Source: Octopus sinensis (lineage: Eukaryota). From it: a DNA stretch of 64,000 bases. The position numbers and the translations under genes are program-made. Positions within the stretch are counted from its first letter, which is position 1, and the number at the start of each line of letters is the position of its first letter. A model generated the notes under the pieces. That model was not told the origin of the DNA, ran no database searches, and saw nothing but the letters and a program-made list of their open reading frames with translations. Of the stretch, positions 14,355 through 27,214 are shown piece after piece. The stretch is taken from NCBI RefSeq assembly GCF_006345805.1, contig NC_043012.1, forward strand, positions 26,040,001 through 26,104,000, in the 5' to 3' direction.

Positions 14355-14508
14355 TTTTATATAATAAATAATTTGGATAAATAAGTATGAGTCGAAAATA
14401 TGTTGTACCTAATAAATACCTAGTACAAAATCCATCTCCAACTACTAATGAATATTATATAATATAAATATATATATATAGGAGAGAGAGAGGGAGAGAG
14501 AGAGAGAG

Positions 14509-14571
<63 letters not shown>

Positions 14572-14658
14572 CATATATATATATATATATATAGATAGAT
14601 AGATAGATAGATAGTAGATTATATCATACATATATATATATAAAATAAAATATATATA

Positions 14659-14712
<54 letters not shown>

Positions 14713-14732
14713 TTGTTGTGTGTGTGTGTGTA

Positions 14733-14970
14733 GGCGCGTAGCTTAGTGGTTAGGGTGTCAGCATCATGATCGTAAGATTGTGGTTTAGATTCCTGGACCT
14801 GGTGACGCGCTGTGTTCGTGAGCAAAACACTTCATTTCACGTTGCTCCAGTCCGCTCAGCTGGCACAAATGAGTAACGTTGCGATGGACTGGCATCCCGT
14901 CCAGCTGGGGAAAACATCCGCCATTGAAACCGGGAAACCGGGCCCATGAGCCGGGTTAGGCTTTGAAAGG
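14733..14970 (+). mobile_element. tRNA-derived SINE, head H3 plus core2 plus tail T4
   Basis: ggcgcgtagcttagtggttagggtgtc tRNA-like head; gagcaaaacacttcatttcacgttgctccag core; distinct gcgatggactggcatcccgtccag tail. Confidence 0.8.
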
Positions 14971-15699
14971 GCGCATTTATTTTTATTTTATTTATTTATA
15001 TATATATATATACATACATTTGTGAGTCTGTGGGGTTGCGTGTCTTCGTGTATTTTTGTGTTTGTCTTTCCTCTTCTTCACCGCTTGACAGCTGGCGTTA
15101 GTGTGTTTACGTCCTCATGACCTAGAGGTTCGGCAAAAGAGCCCGATATGATAAATACAAGGCTTTTCAGGCAAGCAAGTACCGTCGTCGATTCATTCGA
15201 CTAAAAATTCAACCAGGCTGTGCTCCTGCATGGCCGCAATCTAATGGCGAAAACAAATAAATAAAGGATGAAATCAAATAAAAGGAAGTAATAAGAGAAG
15301 AAAAAGTAAAGAACGATTGATACGAAATTATGAGAGAAGAAGTAAGAGAAGGGCATCAAGATAAATAGTTTCAAAGAAGGCCAATACAACATTTGTCTTC
15401 GAATAAAAGGGAGATTGTGACGCTTACGAATACAGTACGTATGTGGGATGTTGAAAGTGAAAGTGAAAGTAAAATGAAAGTGATAATTGAACAACGATTG
15501 AGTAATAATGGATGAGGGAGGATAGTGATTTGAAGGAGGGGTGGGGAAATCCTACTGTTAAGAGGGAAAGCGGATTGGGAGAGAAGGAAATGGAATTAGA
15601 GAGAGAATGGAAAGAGGCATAAATATAATGGAAGATAATTTGTTAGTTGGAGTAAGACAGAGAGCAAGGTAAGCACAGATACATAGAAAGTTTGGTTGA

Positions 15700-15702
15700 T
15701 AT

Positions 15703-15787
<85 letters not shown>

Positions 15788-15846
15788 CAAACAGACAGTA
15801 GATAGATAGCTAGATAGATAGATAGATATATAGATAGATATATAGA

Positions 15847-15877
<31 letters not shown>

Positions 15878-15881
15878 CGAA

Positions 15882-15956
<75 letters not shown>

Positions 15957-15990
15957 CATACATACATACATACATACATACATACATACA
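15700..15990. repeat. (GATA)n/(CATA)n microsatellite
   Basis: Direct repeat. Confidence 0.95.
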
Positions 15991-16790
15991 TAAATAGACA
16001 ATGGGATGAAGCGTAGGCAGAAAAATTAAACATCAGAAAGATACAGAGCGAGAGAGATAGAGATAAGGGTAAAAGGGAGAGAATGAAATAGTGAGGTAGA
16101 CACACATACATACAGATACATTGAAAGACAGACAGGCTGGGAAACAGACAGGCAAACAGACAGGCAGGCAAAGTGAAGTAATTGTCCGAGAGAGTATGAT
16201 AATTAATCGTGATGTGATATTGCAAAGTAGAGAAAGCAAGGAGAGAGGAAATGCGAAAGGGTAAAAGAGTGTTGGGGGTGAAATACAGGTGAGAATGACC
16301 GAGAGGGAGAGAAAGAGGGGAAAATGAGTGAGAGATATTGTTGGTGGTGTGAGCGGGCAAATAGCAATTCGTATATGTAAGTGCAAAATTTGTGAGTAAA
16401 TGCGTCCAATGCTAATTGGAAATAACAATTTGCCAATGGCGACGAGACGGCCGTATAAATAGGCGTAAATTAAATATACATGTGTAGACAACGTATCGAT
16501 ACATATGGGGATCATGTACAAGCAAACACGCATACGAACACACACACACACACACAAACACATATGTGTGTGTAAATATATATAAGTGTACATGTATGCA
16601 TGTATGGGTTCACCTATGTAAACAGAAATATGTACATACATACAAATATGTGTGTGCATATGTGTTGGTACGTAAGTATGTTTAAGTACACAGATATATG
16701 CATACACTCACACACATAAGTATATTTGTGTATTTATGTATGTATGTATGTATGTATGTATGTATGTATGTATGTATTTATGTATATGTG

Positions 16791-16848
<58 letters not shown>

Positions 16849-16918
16849 CATATCTATATATATATATTATATATATATATATATATACATATATATAGGT
16901 GTACTATATACATATATC

Positions 16919-16986
<68 letters not shown>

Positions 16987-17167
16987 TGCATATAATTCTC
17001 TGTATTTGTGTGTGTACACATATATAACATAAATGCAAGAATATATACATACATATGTATTGTGTGAATTTCTGTGTGTGGTTTTGTGTGTGTGTGTATT
17101 TTCATACAATATATACGGCATACGAAGACATTGAAGCAGGAACTTATACATGCATATACATAGATGA

Positions 17168-17210
<43 letters not shown>

Positions 17211-17681
17211 CGCGCGTGTGTATGTGTGTATGTGTGTGTGCATGTCTGGGTGTATGATTTTGTGCACGCGTGACTGTGTGTGTGAATGTGTGTGCCACTC
17301 TGTACAGCCCTCGGTGAACTGTTACACTTTCAGTAAAATTCGGTAGACGCTTTACACGGAAACTATGCAGAAGACTATTGGATGTGTTATACCTGTGTTT
17401 GAAAGGACCAGTATTGTCACATGTGATTGTATTTATTTCCTTCTGATAATAGTTCTGAAGAGGCGCTTTTCTGAGGAATACTGATTCACTTATCGTCTAA
17501 TTAAATGAATTTAGTTGATCTTGCAAATCAATGGTTATCGTCGATACGGACGAAGTATGACTTCCTGTACTTGTCGCTATATTGATCAGGATACACTATG
17601 TCCCTTCCTATGTGTGCCACATGGCGCGAATTGCGACATGCAGTAGTTTCTGGTACGTGTCGTGTATACATATATATATAT

Positions 17682-17714
<33 letters not shown>

Positions 17715-17889
17715 GTTGTTCCATCGGTCTTGTTACCGAAATCGTTAAGTTATGAGGTTGTAAACACGCTGCCACCGGTAGTGAAGCGATAGGGTGAAAC
17801 AAACACAGAAAGCAAATGCAAAAATACACACATACACACAAGCATGCGTGCGTGTGTGTGTGTGTGTGTGTGTGCGTGCGTGTGTTGGG

Positions 17890-18192
17890 ATTGCCTCTTT
17901 AAGGTGAAATAAAAGTCAGTTTTATTCATGCAAAGCATGAACTTTAATCAATTATATCTCTATTTTGTCCGGTGACCTTTAACCATATTTCTTGCAACTT
18001 AAAGATTCCGCGCTCACAGAACTTCTGGTCCTTATTAGCCAAAAACTGAAGGAAGTTTGATTTCAGGTCAGCATCGTTATTATATGTTTTACCAATGAAA
18101 AAATTTTGCAAACTTGGAAATAAATGGTAATCTGATGGTGCAAGCTCAGGGCTAAATAGTGGATATGACATGACTTCCCAACCAAGCTCCAA
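17890..18192 (-). mobile_element. mariner transposase pseudogene, 3' part
   Basis: ORF 17944..18198 LELGWEVMSYPLFSPELAPSDYHLF...QKFCERGIFKLQEIW matches the mariner YSPDLAPSD(Y)HLF signature containing the third catalytic D. Confidence 0.93.
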
Positions 18193-18195
18193 TAA

Positions 18196-20292
18196 CACTA
18201 GTCAACACACGTTTTGCAGATTTGGGTTTTGCGGTTGTTTTTAGTTAATTTTGCGATGCTGATTTCAAATATGGCATCCATGTTTCCCTAACACATCAGG
18301 TTATCATTCTATAGCATACCCTTATTTTATGCTGTACTTTATAAATAATTTACTTGGTCAGGATAGTTTACTAAGTTTTATAGCTTAAAACCCTTAGTTA
18401 TAAATGTCAATAGAATATGAAATGTAAGATAGCATCACCTTTTACTAAATATATTCTGTTAATTTTCTAACATGATGGATAAAGCACAAACCATCATACA
18501 TACACCTTCATATTCTTTGAACACGTTTTCGCTTGCGAGAGTATGTGGAGTGTTCCATGTCTACACAGTCTCTTTGAATACTCCAACAGTAGTCTGCCGT
18601 GTGTTCCATTGGCCTTTGATATCTCTCATTCATAATCTTGATGTTTTTTTTTATGAAACACTCACCATACTCATCGCTCACGTCTCCGATGTTAGCAATA
18701 AATTCATGAAAATGGCTATTGAGGAAATGAAGCTTTATGCTCATGTTGCAGCTTAAAAGATGAAAGCTGTCAAGTAATGACTCTGCCAAATATTTTCAAT
18801 TTGCAGACTTTTGACTTCCCACAAAATCCTTTCATAACAGTCACAAAAGAATGTTATTTTTCAAGGTCAGCCATCAAACACGAGACGTTCTGGCATTTCG
18901 TTGACCTCCAGATTTGTGGCCATTAGGGCACGAAATGTACAAATGAATTTGAAACAGTTACCTTCCAAATTAAGAGCTTTGACAAATTACTTCATTAGTC
19001 CTAGTTTAATATGAAGGGATCAGAAGATGATTTTCTCTCGCTCAACAAGTGGTTGGTGTATGATATTCTTCTCCCTAACAGTCAAACATTTCCTAACTGG
19101 CCAGAGTTTCTGTTCTCGATGTTTGTCTCTCGCTTGGCTATCCCATAAACATAGGAAGCAAAGATATTTTATATACCCTCCTTGTTGGCCAAATAAAAAG
19201 TTGACCATTTTTATCCACACATATAACCCATTTGCATTCATCATACTTAAGTGAATCTAATAAAACATTTATGTGATAATAATTATCTTTAATATACACA
19301 GACTGACCAACAGGAAGCGCACCAAACAAGTTTCCATTATAGAGTAATACGCGTGTTAGACCCTTCTTTGAACTAACTATAAAGTGTCTCCATTCACTAG
19401 GATCATACTTTTCAACATCCATCGTGTTTAACAGTCCCACCACGCCACAACAGTAAACAAAATGTTTTCCAGATTTAAAGAATGCCAAGAGATATTTTTC
19501 TTTGTTCTAATAAAAAGTCACGTTTGTTTCTTTCTACACCAAATTCTTCTCTTTAAGTCTAGAAACTAACAGTTCTCATAACTCTTTACACAGTCCTAGG
19601 TATCTAACTAAACCCTTAAGTTCTACATGGTTGAAGTTTTCACGTTCTTTGGTCGATGTTTCTACAAAGTCTATACCACTATCATGTTCATCGTTTATAT
19701 CTACTTCACATATATCATCACTTTCAATTTGAAGTGAAGGTAGATCCTTGAAAACGGGTACTGGTATTCCATCTGAGTGAAGCAGTGGATGAATTTCTGA
19801 ATCCAGATTTGGGTAACGTATTTTCTGTCACATTCTCTTCTGAGACAAAAGTAGCAATCGTTTACATGGTTCTGTGGTTCCCACAATATCATGGGAATAC
19901 CAAATTTTAATTGTTCCCTTGTGCCCTTTGTCCATTGGTATAGATTTTCGGCAGAGGGTTTATATACATTGTGCTGGCCCACGATTTACCTGGATCACCA
20001 TTATTAATCTTTAAGGAAACCCAGTAGTATCTTTTAACAATGTCACTAACGTTCATTCTTTGTCTTTGATACTGTAAAACACCCTCATATATAATAAAAA
20101 GAGTCAGTGGAATCCAAAAATTTCAAGCATGTAGCTAAAGGTGGGCCAATATGGGACAGCTCATAGTAAAACAAAAACAAAACTAGAGGCGATAGAAGAA
20201 ACACTATTGCCATTTTTAAACTCAGTGACCCCAAATTACTCCAAAGTAAATTACTCTTCAGCAGAAGAAAGGTTAGAATTTACTGGCCAGTG
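18196..20292 (-). mobile_element. Chapaev3-like (CMC superfamily) DNA transposon, decayed transposase
   Basis: Frameshifted motifs LKFGIPMILWEPQNHVNDCYFC, YDPSEWRHFIVSSK, VNFLFGQQGGYIKYLCFLCLWDSQAR, LSCNMSIKLHFLNSH and ADYCW; termini CACTAGTCA / CACTGGCCA; flanking TAA at 18193-18195 and 20293-20295. The superfamily name is from recall of these motifs. Confidence 0.85.
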
Positions 20293-20295
20293 TAA

Positions 20296-20981
20296 TTTTT
20301 TACGAGTTAGCAAAGATATGTGTGGTATAGCATTGTCATGATTCCTTTACTGTTTACCAATTCTGACCATTTTTCTTCGATCACTACCTCCAGTTTTATT
20401 AGTTGTTGACAGTAAGCGTCTGAATTGATAGTTTGGTTCGTTGGCAGCAGCTCAAAATGCACAACATATTTGCAACCCACCAAATTGATAGCATGAACTT
20501 TTTTTTATACAATTCAGCTTTCAACCGTGAACGTTATGCTTGGACCGTGATCGTTTTCGATTGAGGTTATTGTAGACAATCCATTTCTCGTCTCAAATGA
20601 TGATTCATTTCAAAAACAGGGAGATTTTATTGCGTTTGAGATGCATATCGCAAATATTGATACGTTGTGCTAAGTGAAATTTTTTTCAATTTATGTGGAA
20701 CCCAAATATCGAGCTTCGTAAAGAGTCCAAGACCTTGTAAGTGATTTTCAATTGTTGTGTGTAATACTTATTAACTTCTCTGCAATCTCTCACTCAGTTA
20801 TATGACAATCAGATTCAATTACGACTTTGATTTGTTCATCATCAATTTGCTTCTAAAGAAAGCGAACAGTAACGGCTGTCAAATGTTAAAAGGAAAAAAA
20901 AAGCATAAGATTGACAAAAGTCATTTAAAAAATCGTAACTCTATCTGCAAAAAACGAAATCCTTTCTTGCCAAATCAGTAT
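20296..20981 (-). mobile_element. mariner transposase pseudogene, 5' and middle part (same element as 17890-18192)
   Basis: Reverse strand gives KLDIWVPHKL, DEKWIVYNN, KVMLSIWW, FELLPTNQTINSDAYCQQL and HDNAIPHISLLTRKKL, which continues into LELGWEV once the insert is removed. Confidence 0.9.
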
Positions 20982-20990
20982 CTATGTATA

Positions 20991-21025
<35 letters not shown>

Positions 21026-21089
21026 TATATATATATATATCTATATATATATATATATAATATATGTATGTATATGTAATATATATATG

Positions 21090-21170
<81 letters not shown>

Positions 21171-21184
21171 TATATATAAAAGAT

Positions 21185-21359
21185 CACTTTACTACCCTTG
21201 TTTTTCAAATGACGTACTAAGTTCCTAATTGTTTTCACTTGGAGCATCTCTCACTTGAAAGTGCTAACGATATGCTTTCTGTGTTTGAGTAACTGACCCC
21301 TAATTTTGCTAGAACAATTTCATCCCTTGGGTGCGTTGTGCAGTGCCATATTTTCCCAT
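21185..21359 (-). mobile_element. Tc1/mariner-type transposase N-terminal HTH remnant (DUF4817-like)
   Basis: MGKYGTAQRTQGMKLF*QN*GSVTQTQKAYR*HFQVRDAPS, then a frameshift to KTIRNLVRH; contains in-frame stops. Confidence 0.6.
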
Positions 21360-21477
21360 AATTATTTTCCAGTACCTGGACCATAAATTCCCAGAAAAGA
21401 AAAGAAAAAATGTCAAAAAATAAAAGAATCATCAAACATTACAAACCCTCAGTGACTTGAGTGACTTATGGTCCCCC

Positions 21478-21508
<31 letters not shown>

Positions 21509-21563
21509 CATATACATACATATATACACACAGATATATTTACGACGCGCTTGTTTCAGTTTC

Positions 21564-21791
21564 TTATTTCTTCATTGCCCACAAGGGGCTAAAGATAGAG
21601 GAGACATACAAGTACAGACAAAGGGATTAGGTCGATTTCATCGACCCTAGTGCGTAACTGGTACTTAATTTATCGACCCCGAAATGATGAAAGGCAAAGT
21701 CGACCACGACGGAATTTGAACTGAGAACGTGGCAGACGAAATACTGCGAAGCATTTCGCCCGGCGTGCTAATGTTTCTGCCAGCTTACCGT
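21564..21791 (-). mobile_element. SINE family B inserted into a family A copy
   Basis: Full family B; cttgtttcagtttc is duplicated at 21550-21563 and 21792-21805; family A sequence resumes on both sides. Confidence 0.88.
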
Positions 21792-22570
21792 CTTGTTTCA
21801 GTTTCTGTGTAACAAATTATTCACTCACAAGGCATGGTCGCCTTGAGTCTAAACAGAAAATTTTTCCCAAATGATACACAGTGAGACCGAAGCTTGAACC
21901 ATGTGTTTGGGATGCAAACCTCTTACCACACAAAACCTTTCTATCACTCTCTTTCCTTCTGTATCCCAACCCCACATAAACACACAATCACGCACACACA
22001 TGCATTCTTTTGCCTTTATTCTTTTATATGTATCAGGCTTAAGGTACGGCCTTTTCTTGGGCGAAATACCTCAGCGTGAGAGCGTTTAACATAGTGAACT
22101 AGCTGAGTAGGTCGTGGTTACTGGACAATTTTCGCAATAGTATGCCAGAAGGAGACAGAAGGAGAGTATTAGAGGACCTTTTCTGTTGCAGTCACAGCTG
22201 ATGTAATATTTCATGCCCAATCTGATTTTGATTCATTTATAGAAAAAAAATTAGAAGAATGTTACAGACGTTTAAAGTTTGGTAATTTTCACCCAATCAG
22301 AAAACAGGATTTGGAAGCTAGCATTTTCTGCTTATAATAGTGTCTATTACAAAATGAAATCAAACACGTTACAGTGACGAAGTTTAAAAAAAAAATAAAA
22401 GCAATTACGTGTCATATCAAGTGGGAGAGAAAGCGAAAGAGAGACAGTCGGAGCTACATGCACGAGAGACGTACATGTACAAAAAAAAGAGTAAATATTT
22501 ATAGGAAAGGGAAAGCTTAAAAGACAGTGAGACAGATAAATACATGTGACAAATAGAGAGGACGAGATTT

Positions 22571-22670
22571 NNNNNNNNNNNNNNNNNNNNNNNNNNNNNN
22601 NNNNNNNNNNNNNNNNNNNNNNNNNNNNNNNNNNNNNNNNNNNNNNNNNNNNNNNNNNNNNNNNNNNNNN
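22571..22670. other. assembly gap (100 N)
   Basis: Run of N. Confidence 1.
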
Positions 22671-22986
22671 GCAGACCAACGGAAATAACACTTCTTCACT
22701 CTCAGATATAAACGCGCACACACACACACCACACACACACGCACACACACATATACACACACACACACACATACACATACACACATGTTTTCTCTGTCTC
22801 ACTTCCTCCTCACCCACTACTACGAAACTATAAAATGTTCAAACTCCCACAACTGATTTGATTTGAAAAGCCCACTAGAATGGGAGAAAGCGCTAATCCG
22901 AATGATATGATATGATATATATGTAAAAAATGTAATATAAAAATAAATATCTACAAATATGAACAATCTGATCTGATTACCTCATT

Positions 22987-23032
<46 letters not shown>

Positions 23033-23789
23033 AAAAAAACAGTAAGACAACAAAAGAAATAAAGAGACCTCGATATTATGTAAATAGAAGAATATATCTG
23101 TAAATGTAATATGTGACGATTATTCGGTAGCCAATATAAAACTCCGAGTTTCTGATGCCGAGGTGGAAATTGGTGTAATTGACCGTTCTTAAGACAAAAA
23201 GAGCTATTCCAATGACCGCTTGCTTACTCCCTCCCCTTACTTAGCGGTTATTCGTATAGCTCTTTTGTTTTAATAACTGTCAATCACACAGTAATTTCCC
23301 TTTGTATAATTTTTCACGGCATTTTTCCGATAGCCGGATATCTGAAGAGATGGCGGCGTGGAGAAAACTGATATGACTGAAAAAATTTTTAAAGGGCTTT
23401 TATTGTTAGGCTGAGGTCAAACAGTCGAATCCATTGAACCATGTCAATGAACTTGAGAAGGGTGACAGACTGAGAGAAGACAAGAACCTTCACACATTTT
23501 CAACATTGCAAGATTTTGGAGTTATTTTTGTCAGAATAGAGCTGTCTTCAAGAATCCATGTAATGCTATGAATTGGAGAGTAGCCGTAGATGCTGGTCAT
23601 GTTGTTTTTGTTGTTTGCTGCTACTGTTGTTGTCACATACTTTTTATTTTGACGCTACTTTACTTCAGAAGTTGGTTAGTCATAAATTCCCTTGGGAATT
23701 TTAAGCCCAGCTTCATCAATTTTATTTATGTATTTTTGTTCTTTGTTTTTGCTTTGAAACGAAATCTAACTTCAGGCATCTTATACAGA

Positions 23790-23925
23790 TAATTTTTAGA
23801 CACTATTTTCTGAAACTGGTAAAATTAGGTAGGGGCTGCAAATTTTGATCTTGCACCACCTGAAAATTCCAAGGGATGCAGGTGCACCCGCTGCACCCCC
23901 TGTTCTCGAGCCCTTGTACATTTTA
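23790..23925 (-). mobile_element. possible hAT-like transposon terminal fragment
   Basis: Reverse strand begins agggctcgagaacagggggtgcagcgggtgcacctgcatccc, typical of hAT/MITE ends; no matching second end found. Confidence 0.35.
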
Positions 23926-23984
23926 ACAGATATATTTACCAAAATTTCATAAAGATATCTTGAAATACTAAAGAGTAAATTCAT

Positions 23985-24330
23985 TCAGTAAAATCGCCAC
24001 TGCCTTCAATCACCGTCTCCAGATCACTTTAGAATCTCCTGCAGGTCTTTTGGATGGACTCCTTGATTAGTTTGGCGAATGTTGCCGTAATCCTTGCCTT
24101 CAGTTCATCTTTGGTGTTACATGGAGTTTTGTTGGTCTTGCGCTCAATTGTGCTCCACACATAACAAACAGGGGGGGGGGTTGCAAAGGTGGCCAGATGT
24201 TTGGGGTGATTTGGTCGCAGAGATTGTCTGACAGCTATGACGGAGTCCTATTACCACGCATACGGTCTCCCAGCAGCCACCCTTTTGCGTACGAGGGCAG
24301 GAGTAACGGTGGATAGCTGCATTCTATTGT
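23985..24330 (-). mobile_element. Tc1/mariner transposase C-terminal remnant, maT (DD37D)-like
   Basis: Reverse strand: KRVAAGRPYAW, TPNIWPP, VWSTIERKTNKTPCNTKDELKARITATF...DLETVIEGSGDF. Confidence 0.8.
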
Positions 24331-25147
24331 ATCGACTTGTCCATTTCATCATAATTTCCTCAGAATTCTTGTCTAGAGGAGAAAGAATTCTTGTCCTTGT
24401 ATTTACAGCCTTTTTTATTGTTGTTGGAGCGATAGATTGGCAAAAATGTTTTGAGGTGGTAGAACGCATAGAATCTTGTAATATAATAATGAGCGTAGTG
24501 TTTTTATATACTTGGTATATGTATATTTATCCAGAATTACGCCGAACGTGGAGGAGGAAAGAAAATAGTAATTCAGTGAAGGAGAAGTAGTGAGAATAAT
24601 AGCCTTGACTGAGAGAGAGTGAGAGTAATAGCAATGAGAGAAAGGAAGAGGTGATAGATGAATAAGGAAGGAAGGGGTGAAAAAACATCAGCGTTTCAAC
24701 TCTGAGTATATTTGTGTATGTGTGTGCGTGTGTACAAGGGAGGGCGTGAATGTTTGTATTCTGATTATCTTATACCATATTTTGTACCTTATTTATATAT
24801 AAAATACTACAATTAGCCGTCATTAGCGGCAAGTGGTTAGCTAGTATCAAAATAAAGCATGTCGTCCTTCCTTCCATCACTTCGATTCGATGAAATAAAG
24901 TACGTACCCATGCAAGACTTCGTGGTATCTATTAAACCCCATCACTCAATAATGCGTGTCCCGTGCCTAATTTAAAAGTCAGAAAGAACAAAAATGTGCG
25001 TGTAATCTTTCCAAGATTGTGGCGGAGATTATTTTCTGAAACACAGGTAAACGACCTGATATTACATCCTACCTGATTTAATTCAGAACTGATAGATTTA
25101 GATCCTCAGCCGCTGTGTCTAACATGTATAGTAAAGAGGGTAAAAGA

Positions 25148-25482
25148 ACACCATTGGTCATGAATGACCATGGGATTGCACCTAGAAAGTTACCCTCCGA
25201 AGCAACAGTCCGGGCAAGGTTGCTCGCCGAAGACCATCTGTCGCCCATGCATACCAGCCTCTCCTTTCAACACCACTGATGCGATCCTATCCAAGTGAAA
25301 GGCAAAGGCTAATACAGCTTGGCACCAGTGACGTCGCAACTCGTTTTTACAGCTCAGTGAAATGGAGCAAAGTGAAATAAAGTCTCTTACTCAATAACAC
25401 AACTCAAAGGCCGGACCGGAAATCGAACTCACTACTTCATGCTTGTGAACCCGACCCTTTAACCACTGAGCCATGCACCTTT
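25148..25482 (-). mobile_element. tRNA-derived SINE, head H2 plus core2 plus tail T3
   Basis: Aligns end to end with 39302-39632. Confidence 0.88.
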
Positions 25483-27214
25483 AAATTTAGAACTTTACAT
25501 GTAAAAATGTGTTGTCATTCTTCTTCTCTCACTCTTTCTTTGTTTCTTTCTCTGTCTCCCTGTCTCTGTGTCTTTCTATATCTTTGTCTCTCTCTATACA
25601 TATATAAATATACACACACACACATTCATAAATACATATATATTCGTGTGCGCGCGCGTTCGCATATATTTGTGTGTAATGGAGGAAAGTAGACCAGACT
25701 TATAGATTACTATGTTTTATTATCGGTTCACAGGATGAAACGTTCTCTATTTAAATTTCTCTCCGTCTAGTTGCTGGAATTGGTAAATTGATAACGGCAG
25801 AAAATACCTTGATGTACAACAGTCACGGACACCATGTCATTGATATATTGGATTCTATATGATCATGTGGATGTGTGTGTGTATAAATATGTGTGTATGT
25901 GTGTATGGGGAGGTTCTTATATGCCCTCTATTGACAAGGAGACAACAGAATGTGCATCAATGCAAGTAAATGAAAATGTTCTATAGAAAATCCAACAGTG
26001 TTTCTGATGGAAAATGCTTGTTTCGTTCTAAGAAAGCGACGACGTCAGCATTAAACAAAACGGAAAATAGAAAAACAAAATATGCTGAACATGTATGGAA
26101 ATTATTACGTGCTTATCACATTTAATTTTGATAGTTTTGTAAATGATCAAGGTTTCCTTAACGAAACTGCGTAATCTCTCATCGAAGCGATTGAATAAAC
26201 ATCAAGGCCTTTTCGTTTCGAAACAATTGCAAAACCATACAGTTCTTTATTCAATATATTTCTACAACTCTGCCTGAAAACCATTCGATGTTCTTCTGCT
26301 TCAAATACTGTCACATGACTACTAAGCTACTAATGTACTTCATACTTAGATGCTAATTTAATCGCTAAAATAAAAAGTTATTCATTGAAGAGAAAGTATA
26401 ACTATGGTTATCAGTACAATCAGAGCTAAGCACAAGTAGATTCTCCTTCTTAGGTTAGCATCAGTCGCTTCTTCGAAACCAACGTAAAATTTTATTATCA
26501 AAAGTGAATACATATGATTTATTCATCTGAATCAAAGAATTACTCCAAGCAGGGCAATGAAGCGGAAATTATTTATTTGAAAGCTTGTTATTTTGATCTG
26601 TGAGAAATGCTGTTCGTTCTGAAGTAGCCATTTTGTTTTGTCTATCGCTGCCCGACGGCTTCTCTAGCTAGGCGTGAAACTGTTTCCACTAATATTAGAC
26701 GAGTAACTATCAGTATTCGTTGACCCAACGAATTTTAATTATAGGGTCAATTATAGCTTTATAATTATATTTTTCGTTTCTATTCACTCCACAAGAATGA
26801 TCTACCATAATGACTGAACTGCAAAGCAAAAGGCTTGGTAATTTTATAATTACAGATTCAAGACATATTATAGCGGCGGGGACGGTGTATCGTATTCAAG
26901 GATTTAGTATGAATGTACGCAACCAACATTGCTAAACAACGAGAGCATGGATTTCGGGCTCAATAGACACATTAATGACCAACTAGTTGAAGGGTGAATG
27001 GCTCGCATCAGTTTCCCGATGTCCACATTATCTCAATGGTTATACAACAGAGCTCTCCTAGGCCGGGTACCGAAATACACCAACGTGGCATTATTAAGTA
27101 ACAGACTGGCCGAATCAGGGGCAGCATTCTAAATTCAACGAATGAACATTGAGCACGCAAAATTGATTCGGTTGTTTATGAGACCAACATAGAGCCGGTC
27201 AGTTGTTTTTTCGT

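Noticed and set aside
21360-21395. GIYGPGTGK on the - strand, resembling an SRCR domain motif
   Set aside because: A stop follows at once, there is no cysteine pattern, and the adjacent sequence is better explained as a transposase 5' remnant.
22347-22833. ORFs spanning 22571-22670
   Set aside because: Artefacts of translating through the N gap.
24237-24590. 117-aa hydrophobic ORF on the + strand
   Set aside because: It is antisense to the maT-like transposase remnant and has no independent coding signal.
26930-27000. EHGFRA / NRHINDQL resembling the RT QxGFR motif
   Set aside because: Too short, needs a frameshift, and has no supporting neighbouring RT motifs.
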